DNA of 64,000 nt, taken from the NCBI GenBank assembly GCA_016839815.1, contig JAEOTM010000066.1, positions 20,116-84,115 of the forward strand, written 5' to 3'. Below are positions 52,531-62,633 of this stretch, one piece after another. Made by a program: the position numbers and the translations under genes. The DNA is from Candidatus Hodarchaeota archaeon (GTDB taxonomy: Archaea > Asgardarchaeota > Heimdallarchaeia > Hodarchaeales > Hodarchaeaceae). Every line of letters begins with the position of its first letter. Positions within the stretch are counted from its first letter, which is position 1. The notes beneath the pieces were generated by a model, which was given only the letters and a program-made list of their open reading frames with translations, had not been told where the DNA came from and ran no database searches.

Positions 52531-52562
52531 AATTTTATTCACATGGGATAATTTTATTCACA
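52531..52562. repeat. 13-bp direct repeat AATTTTATTCACA x2 upstream of hsp20
   Basis: Exact copies at 52531-52543 and 52550-52562, next to a TTTAAA element. Confidence 0.55.
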
Positions 52563-52767
52563 ACTCGTGATGAAATTAAATCTGTCTTTAGAAGGTCAAT
52601 AACGGAAAAATTTTCCTAATCGGCCTTATCGGGAGAATTAGGAGTAGTATAATCTCTATTTACAGAAATTCTTGTTCCTTATTTTCGAATATTTTTTATA
52701 GCTTCCATCTGTTTGTGATCCTATACAAATGCCCTTTACTCTTATCTAGATTCATGAGGTACATCCA

Positions 52768-53529
52768 ATGGAAAGTCCAAAATCTGCAGAAGAAATACGA
52801 AAAATTGAACTTACTTTAGAGGAATTAGTCAAAAAATTCCAAAGCAGGGTTCAATTAATACGAGATGACTTAAAATCTCTAATAAATGAACTTGAATCAT
52901 TAAGAACTCATATTGGAGATATCAGAAGGACATCAAATGAACACACCAGAGAAATCTCCGATTTAACAAATGATAATCAAGCCCTATTAAATGAAATAAC
53001 GGAAATTGAAAAAGAAATCATGTCACATGAATCGAACCTAAATTTACATAATGAAAAACTCTCTGAATTCCAATCCCGATTAACAACTGATCATAATCAC
53101 TTAACAGGACTAGAATCCGAAAAAACATCTTTGTCCACCATATTAAAGACTGATAAGGATGAGCTTCTCACTCTAAGAAAAAAGTATGACGAATTACAGC
53201 CTGTTTATGATTCAAAAATTCAAAAAATCCAAGAGCGATGTGACCGTCTAAGGAATGACAAAGATATGCTCACATTCAAGTTTAAGGCCATCAGAATATT
53301 GAGCCAGTCTTATTTACAAACTCCAGAGGTGAACTTGGTAAGATTTTTAGCTAACAAACCAAGTCCCACTTCTACGATTGTAGAGGTCAGATCAGCATTA
53401 GGGATCGATCCAGATTCTCTAAAAACTATTTTATCAAAACTAGCCAAAAGAAACGTTCTTAAATTTGACTCAGTGGTTGAAACTATAGAACTAAGTGAGA
53501 AGATAGACTTATTTGAGAAGGAGGTATGA
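52768..53529 (+). CDS. Long coiled-coil protein with C-terminal winged helix (paralog A)
   Basis: About 175 aa of heptads, then PEVNLVRFL...LSKLAKRNVLKFD. Confidence 0.8.
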   Translation: MESPKSAEEIRKIELTLEELVKKFQSRVQLIRDDLKSLINELESLRTHIGDIRRTSNEHTREISDLTNDNQALLNEITEIEKEIMSHESNLNLHNEKLSEFQSRLTTDHNHLTGLESEKTSLSTILKTDKDELLTLRKKYDELQPVYDSKIQKIQERCDRLRNDKDMLTFKFKAIRILSQSYLQTPEVNLVRFLANKPSPTSTIVEVRSALGIDPDSLKTILSKLAKRNVLKFDSVVETIELSEKIDLFEKEV

Positions 53530-54267
53530 ATGATGGATACAGATACAATTCGAGAAAAATATATTCGTAGTGACGAAGCTTTAACCCGACTTAAAGACGA
53601 TATTTCCCAGTTAATCTTCGCTCGTTCCCAAGACTTGAAAAGTACACAGGAATACCTTGAAACTCTGATAAAAGAAAAAGAAGCTGTTGATGCTGACATA
53701 AAACAACAAGAAGTAAAGATAGCCTCACTCAAAGATGAGATTACTAGTAATAAAAATTTGATTCAAAATTTAAAACAAAAACAGGCAAAGGTCATTGATG
53801 AAGAACAAAACAAAGAGATGCGAATACGGGATCTAGATAGGGAACTGAAAACTGTAGAAACGAATTCAGGAACCATCAAAAAAGAAATTGAGAAGATTAA
53901 ATTGGACGTAGATAACACAAAAATCGCTATTTCGGATTATGGGATGAAGATTCAGAATATTGAATCAAGATTATCAGAAGAAGTTCAAGAGAAGGAGGAA
54001 GAATGGACGAATTTATCTCAAGAGATCAAGGAAATTCAGGAAGAAAATGGAATCCTCTCATTTCTACTGGAAGAATCAGCTGAAGATATTCCAGAGGTTG
54101 ATATACTAGCTGAATTAATGAGAAAAGGAAGAATTACCATGGATGAATTAAAAAAATCCCTAGAGGGACGCACTTCACCTGTAATCATAACTAGGACCAT
54201 CGGGCGTATGATGGAAAAAGGTCTAATTTCATTCCATCAAACAAATGAAACTTATAGTGCAAATTAA
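53530..54267 (+). CDS. Long coiled-coil protein with C-terminal winged helix (paralog B)
   Basis: About 180 aa of heptads, then PEVDILAEL...IGRMMEKGLISF; abuts paralog A. Confidence 0.8.
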   Translation: MMDTDTIREKYIRSDEALTRLKDDISQLIFARSQDLKSTQEYLETLIKEKEAVDADIKQQEVKIASLKDEITSNKNLIQNLKQKQAKVIDEEQNKEMRIRDLDRELKTVETNSGTIKKEIEKIKLDVDNTKIAISDYGMKIQNIESRLSEEVQEKEEEWTNLSQEIKEIQEENGILSFLLEESAEDIPEVDILAELMRKGRITMDELKKSLEGRTSPVIITRTIGRMMEKGLISFHQTNETYSAN

Positions 54268-54366
54268 TAAGAACCGGGATCTCGAAGTCAGTTACTGGAG
54301 TTTCCCCAAAAGAGTCCAGAACTCAGTATTAAACTTAAAAATGGAAAATGGAGTTTTGAAACGAAA

Positions 54367-55377
54367 TTGTGGGACTTTTATAGGGAATTAAAATCTGGGA
54401 AACTTCAATGCACCGCCTGTCCGCGCTTATGTCAACTTGTGGACAATGAAGTAGGATGGTGTGGAGCTCGTGTCCGTCAAGGGGAAAAAATTAATCCTAG
54501 AACCTATGGTTTAATACATGGAAGATTAGCGGAGGATCCAATAGAAAAAAAGCCACTTTATCATTTCTTTCCAGGGGAAAAGATTCTTTCTTTTGGATCT
54601 TATGGATGTAATCTAGGATGTTTACATTGTCAAAATTACCATATTTCAATGCAGAAAGAAAAGAGCGATATATCAAAGCTAATTAAAATGTCTCCAAATG
54701 AAATAGTTAAGGAATCTTTGACTAGAAATATGAAATTAATTGCCTCCACATATAATGAGCCAATGATAGCATTTGAATATGTCCGAGATATTGCCAACCT
54801 AGCACATGATCATAATATAAAAATGGTAGTTGTAGATAACGGATACATTACTAGAAAATTAGCTGAAGCTTTTTCTTCTCTAATTGATGCAGCAAATATT
54901 GATATTAAAGGATTTTCTTCTGATTTTTACAAGGAAATTTGCGATGCTCCCTCTTGGAAACCTATATTGCGTACATGTGAAATTTTCCACAAACAAGGAG
55001 TACATTTAGAGCTCACAAATCTTGTAATTCCTACAAAAAATGATTCTGATGACATGATTCGGGAGATGTGTGAATGGATTTGTGAAAAACTTAGTCCTTT
55101 GGTTCCACTTCACTTCTCTGCTTTTCGACCTGATTATAAATTAAATCATTTACCATATACTCCAATACAAACACTTGAAAAAGCGATGAAGATTGCTTTT
55201 AATGTGGGTTTAAAATACGTTTACATTGGAAATGTTCCAGGACACAAAGGTAATCATACATATTGCCATAATTGTGATAAGCTTGTAATCAAAAGAGAAA
55301 GATATTACACTAATATCATTGGACTCCAACAAGATTTTTGTTCATCATGTGGAACACAGTTACCTGTTAGAGTCTAA
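54367..55377 (+). CDS. AmmeMemoRadiSam-type radical SAM enzyme
   Basis: CTACPRLC, DPIEKKPLYHFFPG, CNLGCLHCQN and YVYIGNVPG motifs. Confidence 0.92.
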   Translation: MWDFYRELKSGKLQCTACPRLCQLVDNEVGWCGARVRQGEKINPRTYGLIHGRLAEDPIEKKPLYHFFPGEKILSFGSYGCNLGCLHCQNYHISMQKEKSDISKLIKMSPNEIVKESLTRNMKLIASTYNEPMIAFEYVRDIANLAHDHNIKMVVVDNGYITRKLAEAFSSLIDAANIDIKGFSSDFYKEICDAPSWKPILRTCEIFHKQGVHLELTNLVIPTKNDSDDMIREMCEWICEKLSPLVPLHFSAFRPDYKLNHLPYTPIQTLEKAMKIAFNVGLKYVYIGNVPGHKGNHTYCHNCDKLVIKRERYYTNIIGLQQDFCSSCGTQLPVRV

Positions 55378-55389
55378 ATTTTTAATAAT

Positions 55390-55836
55390 TCATTCGTCTG
55401 GTTTAATTGTGAAAAATAAATGCTCAATTCTGCCTTTTAAAAATGTAAAAGATTCAATCTTATCTGGATGGACTCCAATGAGCCAGATATAGGGATATGG
55501 CCACAACTTCATGAATTTTTTATCTTTTCTTGAGGGTAAAGTAGAGTTTCCTTGTGGATGAGAATGGAAGAATCCAATTAAATTTTTAGATCTCCTGAGA
55601 TATCTAGTGATGTAATTTACTAGACTTCCATAATCAATAGAAAAACTTGATGGTGAAGCATCTAGGTTTCTCATTTCCTCAAAGTTATCAATTCTTATCT
55701 TAAAATCAGTTAATTCCCCAAAAAGAATTCCTACCTGCTCAATTTGGTTATCTACTTTTAACAATTCTCTGATTGAAAAATAGATTGATTCTGTGAGCTC
55801 CAATTCAGCAATAGGCATTTTATTTTCGCATTTCAA
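55390..55836 (-). CDS. JAMM/MPN+ metalloprotease
   Basis: EQVGILFG...HSHP-x6-PSRKD. Confidence 0.88.
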   Translation of the reverse strand: MKCENKMPIAELELTESIYFSIRELLKVDNQIEQVGILFGELTDFKIRIDNFEEMRNLDASPSSFSIDYGSLVNYITRYLRRSKNLIGFFHSHPQGNSTLPSRKDKKFMKLWPYPYIWLIGVHPDKIESFTFLKGRIEHLFFTIKPDE

Positions 55837-55855
55837 TAACTAAAACTGTGTTGAA

Positions 55856-57229
55856 TTACATTTGAACAGTATCATGAGAGGTTAATGTCTTAACCTCGAA
55901 TCCAAGATTTCTTACTGCTGCAGCATAATACTCTTGTGCACTGGGTTCACCGTGGACAGCATATATTTTTTGTGGGGAAGAATACTGGACCATCTGAACC
56001 AACCCCTCTAAGGAGGAATGCCCTGAAAACTGGAATTTTTGAACCTCAAGATCAAGAGAAACATCAAAAATTTGTCCAAAACCGTTATCCAATTCAAGGT
56101 TCTTCTCACCTCTCGCGATATCAGACCCTAATGTCCCATCAACTTGATAACCGACAATATACAGACCATTTTTTTTATCATTTCCACCCATTCGAAGGTA
56201 GTCATAAACAGGCCCTCCTTCCATCATTCCAGATGTAGTCAATATTATACTTTGCTGTTCACGGTCAATCAATAACTCACGCTTCTTGAATCGCTTCATT
56301 CTCATTGCCACATCATCAATAGTGTGAATTCCTTCGTGATCGAAAGGAGTTCTGTATCCTTTATCCTTAAGCTCTATTAAAATACGTGGAGAAACCCATT
56401 TTTCGTTCATATATCGCTCATAGACAGCATTCATGTCAAGAATCATACCATCTACATAAAGGGGGAATTTATGAAGAAATGAATCGAAATCACTTGCTAG
56501 ATAAGCCTGAATTTCCTGTGAACGACCAAGAGCAAAAGAGGGGATAATCGCTTTACCACCCCGAGAGTAACAACCTAGTAATGATTTTGTAAGATTAGCA
56601 GTAACTGTCTTTCGTCCCTCAATCCTTCTATTAGCGTTGGTTGTTTCAGTTATCAGAATATCAATCGGATCATCTGGGTCTGGAAATTGAATGGGATCAT
56701 GATATGGTGTTTTTGCATCATTGTAATCCCCAGTGTACAAAATACGCGTCCCCTCCCAATCAAGGAGAATGATCGCACTCCCCAATATGTGACTTGCATC
56801 AAGAAATTCAGCAGTAATCCCGTTCGTGATTTTAAATTTCCTACGATAATTGTGAGTTTCAACTTTCATCAAAGCTGTCTGTAAGTGTGAAATACCATAA
56901 TGATGAGGACCTTCTATCTTTAAATGATCTTTCCAAAGAATATGTACAATATCCTTGGTTGGAGTGGTCATATGGATAGGCCCATGGTATCCAGCGCGGT
57001 ATAGAGCTGGAGTATATCCGGAATGATCAATATGAGCATGAGAAATAAGCACCGCATCGGTATCCTCAGCATATTTATCGACCTCAGGGGGGGTAGAGAC
57101 ACGGCCAGTTCTTCGGGGATGTAATTGAATTCCAGCGTCAAGAACCACTCTTCGATGGTCATTATCAGAAATCATGACACAGGATTTTCCTACAGAGTCA
57201 GATGCGCCGAGTATACTAATTTCTAACAT
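55856..57229 (-). CDS. Beta-CASP metallo-beta-lactamase ribonuclease (aCPSF-like, no KH domain)
   Basis: SHAHIDH, HILGS, YTGD, PSFALGRSQE, SGMMEGG and FSGH motifs. Confidence 0.92.
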   Translation of the reverse strand: MLEISILGASDSVGKSCVMISDNDHRRVVLDAGIQLHPRRTGRVSTPPEVDKYAEDTDAVLISHAHIDHSGYTPALYRAGYHGPIHMTTPTKDIVHILWKDHLKIEGPHHYGISHLQTALMKVETHNYRRKFKITNGITAEFLDASHILGSAIILLDWEGTRILYTGDYNDAKTPYHDPIQFPDPDDPIDILITETTNANRRIEGRKTVTANLTKSLLGCYSRGGKAIIPSFALGRSQEIQAYLASDFDSFLHKFPLYVDGMILDMNAVYERYMNEKWVSPRILIELKDKGYRTPFDHEGIHTIDDVAMRMKRFKKRELLIDREQQSIILTTSGMMEGGPVYDYLRMGGNDKKNGLYIVGYQVDGTLGSDIARGEKNLELDNGFGQIFDVSLDLEVQKFQFSGHSSLEGLVQMVQYSSPQKIYAVHGEPSAQEYYAAAVRNLGFEVKTLTSHDTVQM

Positions 57230-57410
57230 ATTTCATCATTTATTTCAATTCATGATATGTATTTGTTATTCATTTACTGATTTCCAATAAGGAAAATTCA
57301 TTATAAACGCAGAACTAATTATTACTGCAGTGATTGTCTGATCCTAAAAGAACTCTTCCGAGAGGTAAAACACTTTAAGATAGAATTTTTCATTCATTCA
57401 TAGAGTAATC

Positions 57411-58124
57411 ATGATTTCAGACTTACAAGAAATTTCGATTTCTGCAATAGTACTTGGTGTGGTTATCCTTTTTCTAGGCTCTCTTCTAGATATTCCAGAC
57501 CTTTATAGCATAGGATTTTTAATCTTCGCATTAGGCTTAATTGGAATTATCATTCAGTGGATTGCAAGCGGAGGTGTTATTGAAATTTTAAATTGGCTTC
57601 CAGTAATCCTTATCTTCACCATCATAACCTCATTAGGAAGTGATTTTGTGTCTCAATCAAGTACAACACAAGCTCTAACGTGGCCGTCAGTTGGGATTGT
57701 TTTAATAGTAATAGTCTTCTTTATCGTGATTCAAGGTGGGGATTTTACATTTTTGATGCAATTTTTACCTGTAATTATCGGTATAAGCCTTCTTGGTTTA
57801 GTATTCGGTCAAGTGGTCTGGGAAGACGCATTTAGAGGATTAGCTTATAGTATTGGGATGCTTGGAATTATTACTTTACTTCTATGGTTGAATATTCGAA
57901 AATCTCAACAACAGCCCCCAGTAACAGGAGAATTATCAACAATTATAGACGAAAATGGTATAGCGATAACTGATATTTCTCATACACATGAGGGAAAAGT
58001 GAAAATTGGAACAACCATTTGGAGAGCAACAAGTGATACAATTATTCGTGAAGGAGAACGTGTACGGGTTATAGGGACTGGAGAAAGAAATCTTGTATTA
58101 AAGGTGCGTAATGAGAAATCATAA
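57411..58124 (+). CDS. NfeD-family membrane protein
   Basis: About 6 TM helices plus C-terminal OB domain GKVKIGTTIWRATS...VRVIG. Confidence 0.85.
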   Translation: MISDLQEISISAIVLGVVILFLGSLLDIPDLYSIGFLIFALGLIGIIIQWIASGGVIEILNWLPVILIFTIITSLGSDFVSQSSTTQALTWPSVGIVLIVIVFFIVIQGGDFTFLMQFLPVIIGISLLGLVFGQVVWEDAFRGLAYSIGMLGIITLLLWLNIRKSQQQPPVTGELSTIIDENGIAITDISHTHEGKVKIGTTIWRATSDTIIREGERVRVIGTGERNLVLKVRNEKS

Positions 58125-58264
58125 AGAGGTCATTTTTTAATTTTCTTTGTGGATAATTTATTTGAAATACGGATATTGAACAATCCTCGCTAAGTGAGCT
58201 ACAATCAAGTATTAAAAATTGCATCATACTAATTCTAAAAGTATTCAGAATTAAAGAAAAAAAT

Positions 58265-58341
58265 GGGCCGGTGGTCTAGCCCGGTATGACGCTAGTCTCA
58301 CACACTAGAAGTCGGTAGTTCAAATCTGCCTCGGCCCACCA
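58265..58341 (+). tRNA. tRNA-Val(CAC), CCA encoded
   Basis: GGGCCGG/TCGGCCC acceptor stem, CTAGT-CTCACAC-ACTAG, GTTCAAATC. Confidence 0.95.
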
Positions 58342-58480
58342 TTCTTACTACTTTCATACTCTTCGGACAGATCAGTATATTCACTGATTAAGATTTAAGG
58401 GGGTTATTTACTTGGATTAATCATTTTTTCCTTAGAAAGGATCCAAATTTATTTTACCTTCGTTCACGAATTATGGGTCG

Positions 58481-59563
58481 ATGGATATATCTGATAAACC
58501 AAAGTTCTTCAATTCAGATTGGATTCTAATAATATTTTTTCTCATTATTTATCCTTTAGTAATTGGAGCGACCTTAGTTCACCTTTTGAATTTATCTAAT
58601 GAGAAAATATCTCAATTACTTGTAGTCAATATAATTGTGCTTGTGTTCTTATGTGTTTCCCTCTATCTCTATCAATCTATGTTTCGCAAACTCACTTTTT
58701 ATGCTAATTTAGTTGATTTCTATCATTTTACTCCCTCCTTGACTGATCTTTTCATTCACTTGATAAAACAGGTTTATTACGTAATATTTCTTGGATTAAT
58801 CCTTTCATTTTTCTTAGGATTCTTGATTTCAAATTCAGACCTAGGATTAACAACTATAGTAATATATTCTATTGGAATATCTCTGTTCCTAGAGAGTTTT
58901 TTAGTTGTTATTCGGATGAGAGATAAAATAGCCCTGATTAATACCGCCCAAGAACCTGTAAAATCGGATATCATCCAAGAAATTAACCAAGGGTTTCCTG
59001 AAAGTTTGAAAATAAGTGAATACCGTTTTGCAGATATTCAAATACCATCATTATTTCTTTCAGCTGGAGTAATGACTAATGGTATTAATAGTTATATTTG
59101 TTTGGTTTCTAGATATTTCAATTGGAAATTAACTGGTGAAGAGTTGATTGCTGTTCTACTTCACGAAGTAGGTCATGTCACAAACAACCACATACACAAA
59201 ACATATCTAATCATTGGAACAGAAGTATTTTTGAGATCAATCAGAATTTTTATTGTAACTTACTTGCTATTGATCTTTTTTGGTCCGCTAGAGGCTTTCA
59301 AAATTGATCTTTTTTCAATTCTGTTTCTCATTCTTACGATAAGTGTATTTCTTACATCAGCGTTTTTGACTTTTACACTAAAATTTCGATCTTATCTGGC
59401 AGAGATCTGGGCTGATGAATTCTCTGCAAAAAGGGTGGGTAGTCAAGAATTGGCAGATATTTTGCGTAAATTGCCCCAATTAATACCATCCCCACTAGTA
59501 TATGACCAATCTTCCTTTTTGGGATTCAGAGTTAATTTACTAAGACATTCAGTAGAGAAATGA
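58481..59563 (+). CDS. M48-family (HtpX/Ste24-like) membrane metalloprotease
   Basis: EELIAVLLHEVGH and AEIWADEF motifs; multiple TM helices. Confidence 0.8.
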   Translation: MDISDKPKFFNSDWILIIFFLIIYPLVIGATLVHLLNLSNEKISQLLVVNIIVLVFLCVSLYLYQSMFRKLTFYANLVDFYHFTPSLTDLFIHLIKQVYYVIFLGLILSFFLGFLISNSDLGLTTIVIYSIGISLFLESFLVVIRMRDKIALINTAQEPVKSDIIQEINQGFPESLKISEYRFADIQIPSLFLSAGVMTNGINSYICLVSRYFNWKLTGEELIAVLLHEVGHVTNNHIHKTYLIIGTEVFLRSIRIFIVTYLLLIFFGPLEAFKIDLFSILFLILTISVFLTSAFLTFTLKFRSYLAEIWADEFSAKRVGSQELADILRKLPQLIPSPLVYDQSSFLGFRVNLLRHSVEK

Positions 59564-59567
59564 TAAA

Positions 59568-60317
59568 TTAATCAATTATGGTAATTTGTGTCTCGTCTAT
59601 TCCTAATGATGTGAGAAGAGATGAAAGGAACTCTTCAAAGAAACATCCGTTCTTCTCAATTTTACAAAAGTAGCAGCTCTTACAGTGGAGAAAATACTGG
59701 AGATCTTCTCTCTTCACATGTTCTCCATCTAATTGCATGATTAATTGATCAATTCTTGCTAAGACGAAATTTTGGCCGTTAGATAATGCTTGCTTAAAGG
59801 AATCATGGTTTTTTTCTAGGAGTCGATTCCCGATTTTTCGTCCCAGAGTATCTAGGCTTTCCTGAAAATACTCTTCCTCTGTGAGTAATCCATCTTCGAT
59901 TAGGAATTGAAGAAGAGTTATTTTCTTCCCTAACGGAAGAAGGATCTCATCTGCATCCTTAGTAAATGATTCAAAGATTGATATATCGACGACTTCACGT
60001 TGCCACATCACTTCTGGAAATCTTATAAAAAATCGTTCTAATAGAGAGTCAATTTCCTTTTCACACCATTGGGGATTTATTGTGGATTCTATGAATATCA
60101 CAAAAAGAAGGGGGTGTTCTCGCTTTTTAAAGAAGAGTGAAACCTTGGACATCTGCAAGATGTCTATTGCATCGTTTTCGACCGCAGTAGCATAATTGTA
60201 TAATGCACTTATTAGACCTGATCTAAGAATGATATCAGTTGAATTTCCTGTCTGATACTTTCTATGGAATAAGACCGTACCTGATTCATGAATACAGAGA
60301 AATTCTCTAATTATCAT
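59568..60317 (-). CDS. Longin-domain protein fused to a Bet3/V4R-like domain
   Basis: Longin pattern IHESGTVLF...SGLISAL...FESF; C-terminal LDTLGRKIGNRLLEK and CxxCxxC-x6-CFFEEFL. Confidence 0.7.
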   Translation of the reverse strand: MIIREFLCIHESGTVLFHRKYQTGNSTDIILRSGLISALYNYATAVENDAIDILQMSKVSLFFKKREHPLLFVIFIESTINPQWCEKEIDSLLERFFIRFPEVMWQREVVDISIFESFTKDADEILLPLGKKITLLQFLIEDGLLTEEEYFQESLDTLGRKIGNRLLEKNHDSFKQALSNGQNFVLARIDQLIMQLDGEHVKREDLQYFLHCKSCYFCKIEKNGCFFEEFLSSLLTSLGIDETQITIID

Positions 60318-60365
60318 AGGTTATACCTCATTTCTTGGAGAATTACCCAAGAAATTATACGTAAG

Positions 60366-62567
60366 CTAAGAGTCAAAAGCTTCTAAGATATATGAATATA
60401 TGTCCTTTTCAGAACCCTTCGAGATTTTTTGTAACCGTTGCACAATTAATTCAGGAGTCGATTTTGCATATGTGTAATACTTTGGTGTTCTATCGACAAT
60501 GAGCTCTAAATTTTCTGATAAACCTTTTGCTTCAATTCCATCAATTCGTAACTCTTCTTTTGTATATTTACTAATTGCCTGTGCTAAATGAGTAACAAAT
60601 ATTCCAACCGAGTCTGATGATCGGCCTAACAAATCTAAAAATGCTGCGATTACTCGTGCAGATGCCCCAGGTTCAGACATACTTTCCATCTCATCAGCTA
60701 GCACTAATCTTGAATTTGGACTCATGATCATTTTTGAGAGCGTTTTGAGTGTTGATTCGAACGCACCTGCATTCATGTGTCCAGTAGCTTTTCGATAGTA
60801 ATGTAGTTCTTTAAATCCACCAATTTTAGTGTTATGACATGGTACTGGCAATCCCATCTGACTAAGTATAGTAATAACGGCAATGGCTACCAATAGTGTT
60901 GTTTTACCACCACTATTGGCTCCTGATAGCAGTACTATCCGTTCTCCGTCTACTTTTTCTTCAATTCTACTCAGCTCACCTAAAGCATAAGAAACTGGTT
61001 CCACCTGTAACTGCCCTTTCATTTCTTGATGTGCTAAAAACAAGTTTCTTCCTTCTTTAAAGCATAATCCAGTGCCCTTTCCTTCAATGAAAATTGGTAA
61101 AGATAGTTTATATGCTCCTGCAAACTTTCCAATCATTAGAAGGTAGTCTAATTCCAACATGGTCTGGAGTCCTTGGACTGCGATTCGTTCATATTCCTGT
61201 AGCTTTTGGGCGAGGTCAACTTTAAGTTCAAAAGCTTTACTTGAACGTTTCTTTCTTATAAACTTAGTGAAACTAGTTTTAATCTCTTCTTGTGGGTCAA
61301 CCGGAAACTTTAGTTCACGAGGGAAAATACCATTTAAATAATCAGTTTCTTCATCCGATAAATTCAATTTTGATCCTAAATTAATCTCTGCTTTGTTAAC
61401 AATCTCTTCTACAGCCAAAAATAACTCATCATCCAGATATTCACGAATATCTTCTTGACTGGAATTTACTGCATATCCCTGTCTCTCAGCAGAAAATCCC
61501 TTGAGTAACGCCAGGATCTTTTCACCACCCAAATGGATAGTTGTGTCCTGCAATTTCTTTTCTAATTCTTCATTTAATCGCATTAATTCTTCTTCTAAAA
61601 CCATCTCAAATGTGGTTTCAATGTTTAAAAGCCGTGAAAATTCAAAATTTATATCTGAACTGGGTTCTCCAGTCTCTTCCAGTTTTTCAAGCTCCTTTCC
61701 CATATCTATCAATGAGTTTAAGTCTAAATCCCCAATATACCTACTTAATTGTTCAGAAGGCAGCTTCTGAATAAAAGTTGCGAGTTTCGCTATTGTTACT
61801 AAGGAAGATTTGTTTTGTGCAAAAAAAACCAACGTTTTCTCGGGAAGTAGGCGATTAAGATCATGTCGCTGTGATTCAGATACTGAAATAATATTGGGGA
61901 GCTCATCACTAAGAATATAGTCACTACCAATCCAGATTACCTCATCTGATCCAGTTAATGTGTCATTGATAGTTTCATAATCCTCTATATGGAGAATTTC
62001 ACAATACTTACCGATTATGCTTGAAAGGAGGTCATTGTAGATGCTCTTATCTGTTGTAGCAATAGATCGCGAAGCACTATCAATAGCATCTGAATGGTCC
62101 TTTAATGGAAGTAACCGTCGTAACAGCAAATCAAATTCAGAAACTGGAGTACTGGAATTTTTGATTGTTGTGAATAATTCTTGTCCTAGTAGAGTTACTT
62201 TCTGGCGTTCTTTAATTTTATTCAATGCAGTAATAGGCAATGGAAAGTATAAGAATAATTTAGATCGAGCATAGAATGTATTACCAAACTTAGACACTAA
62301 ATCAATTATACGGTTGTAAAGCAAAATTGTGTCTTCAGTTTTTAAAAAATCTTGGATCTGCTCACCAGTTTCCTGGAAATGTAGATTTCTACACAAACTA
62401 AGGGCAAATCGCTCACCAATTCCCTCAATAGAGGAAATTTCAGCAATTCGTGATCCTCTCAAGGCGTCAAGAACACGATTTTCGCTTCCAAAATAGGAAA
62501 CGAGCTTCTTCTCAATGGAAGGACCAACTCCTCGAATCTCACGAAGTTTTGTCTCGTTCAAATCCAT
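60366..62567 (-). CDS. Archaeal MutS-related ATPase with N-terminal HhH motifs
   Basis: IRGVGP and IEGIGE HhH motifs; SGANSGGKT, AGAFES, LADEME and VTHL (MutS domain V). Confidence 0.9.
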   Translation of the reverse strand: MDLNETKLREIRGVGPSIEKKLVSYFGSENRVLDALRGSRIAEISSIEGIGERFALSLCRNLHFQETGEQIQDFLKTEDTILLYNRIIDLVSKFGNTFYARSKLFLYFPLPITALNKIKERQKVTLLGQELFTTIKNSSTPVSEFDLLLRRLLPLKDHSDAIDSASRSIATTDKSIYNDLLSSIIGKYCEILHIEDYETINDTLTGSDEVIWIGSDYILSDELPNIISVSESQRHDLNRLLPEKTLVFFAQNKSSLVTIAKLATFIQKLPSEQLSRYIGDLDLNSLIDMGKELEKLEETGEPSSDINFEFSRLLNIETTFEMVLEEELMRLNEELEKKLQDTTIHLGGEKILALLKGFSAERQGYAVNSSQEDIREYLDDELFLAVEEIVNKAEINLGSKLNLSDEETDYLNGIFPRELKFPVDPQEEIKTSFTKFIRKKRSSKAFELKVDLAQKLQEYERIAVQGLQTMLELDYLLMIGKFAGAYKLSLPIFIEGKGTGLCFKEGRNLFLAHQEMKGQLQVEPVSYALGELSRIEEKVDGERIVLLSGANSGGKTTLLVAIAVITILSQMGLPVPCHNTKIGGFKELHYYRKATGHMNAGAFESTLKTLSKMIMSPNSRLVLADEMESMSEPGASARVIAAFLDLLGRSSDSVGIFVTHLAQAISKYTKEELRIDGIEAKGLSENLELIVDRTPKYYTYAKSTPELIVQRLQKISKGSEKDIYSYILEAFDS

Positions 62568-62633
62568 CACCGCACTTTTTACACTATAAAGGGCAGAATA
62601 ATACAAGATCTCAATTATTAGTACTGTTTTTTC

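Noticed and set aside
52768-54267. SMC/Rad50 or ESCRT-III annotation for the coiled-coil pair
   Set aside because: No Walker motifs, hinge or Zn hook, and no Snf7-like basic/acidic organisation.
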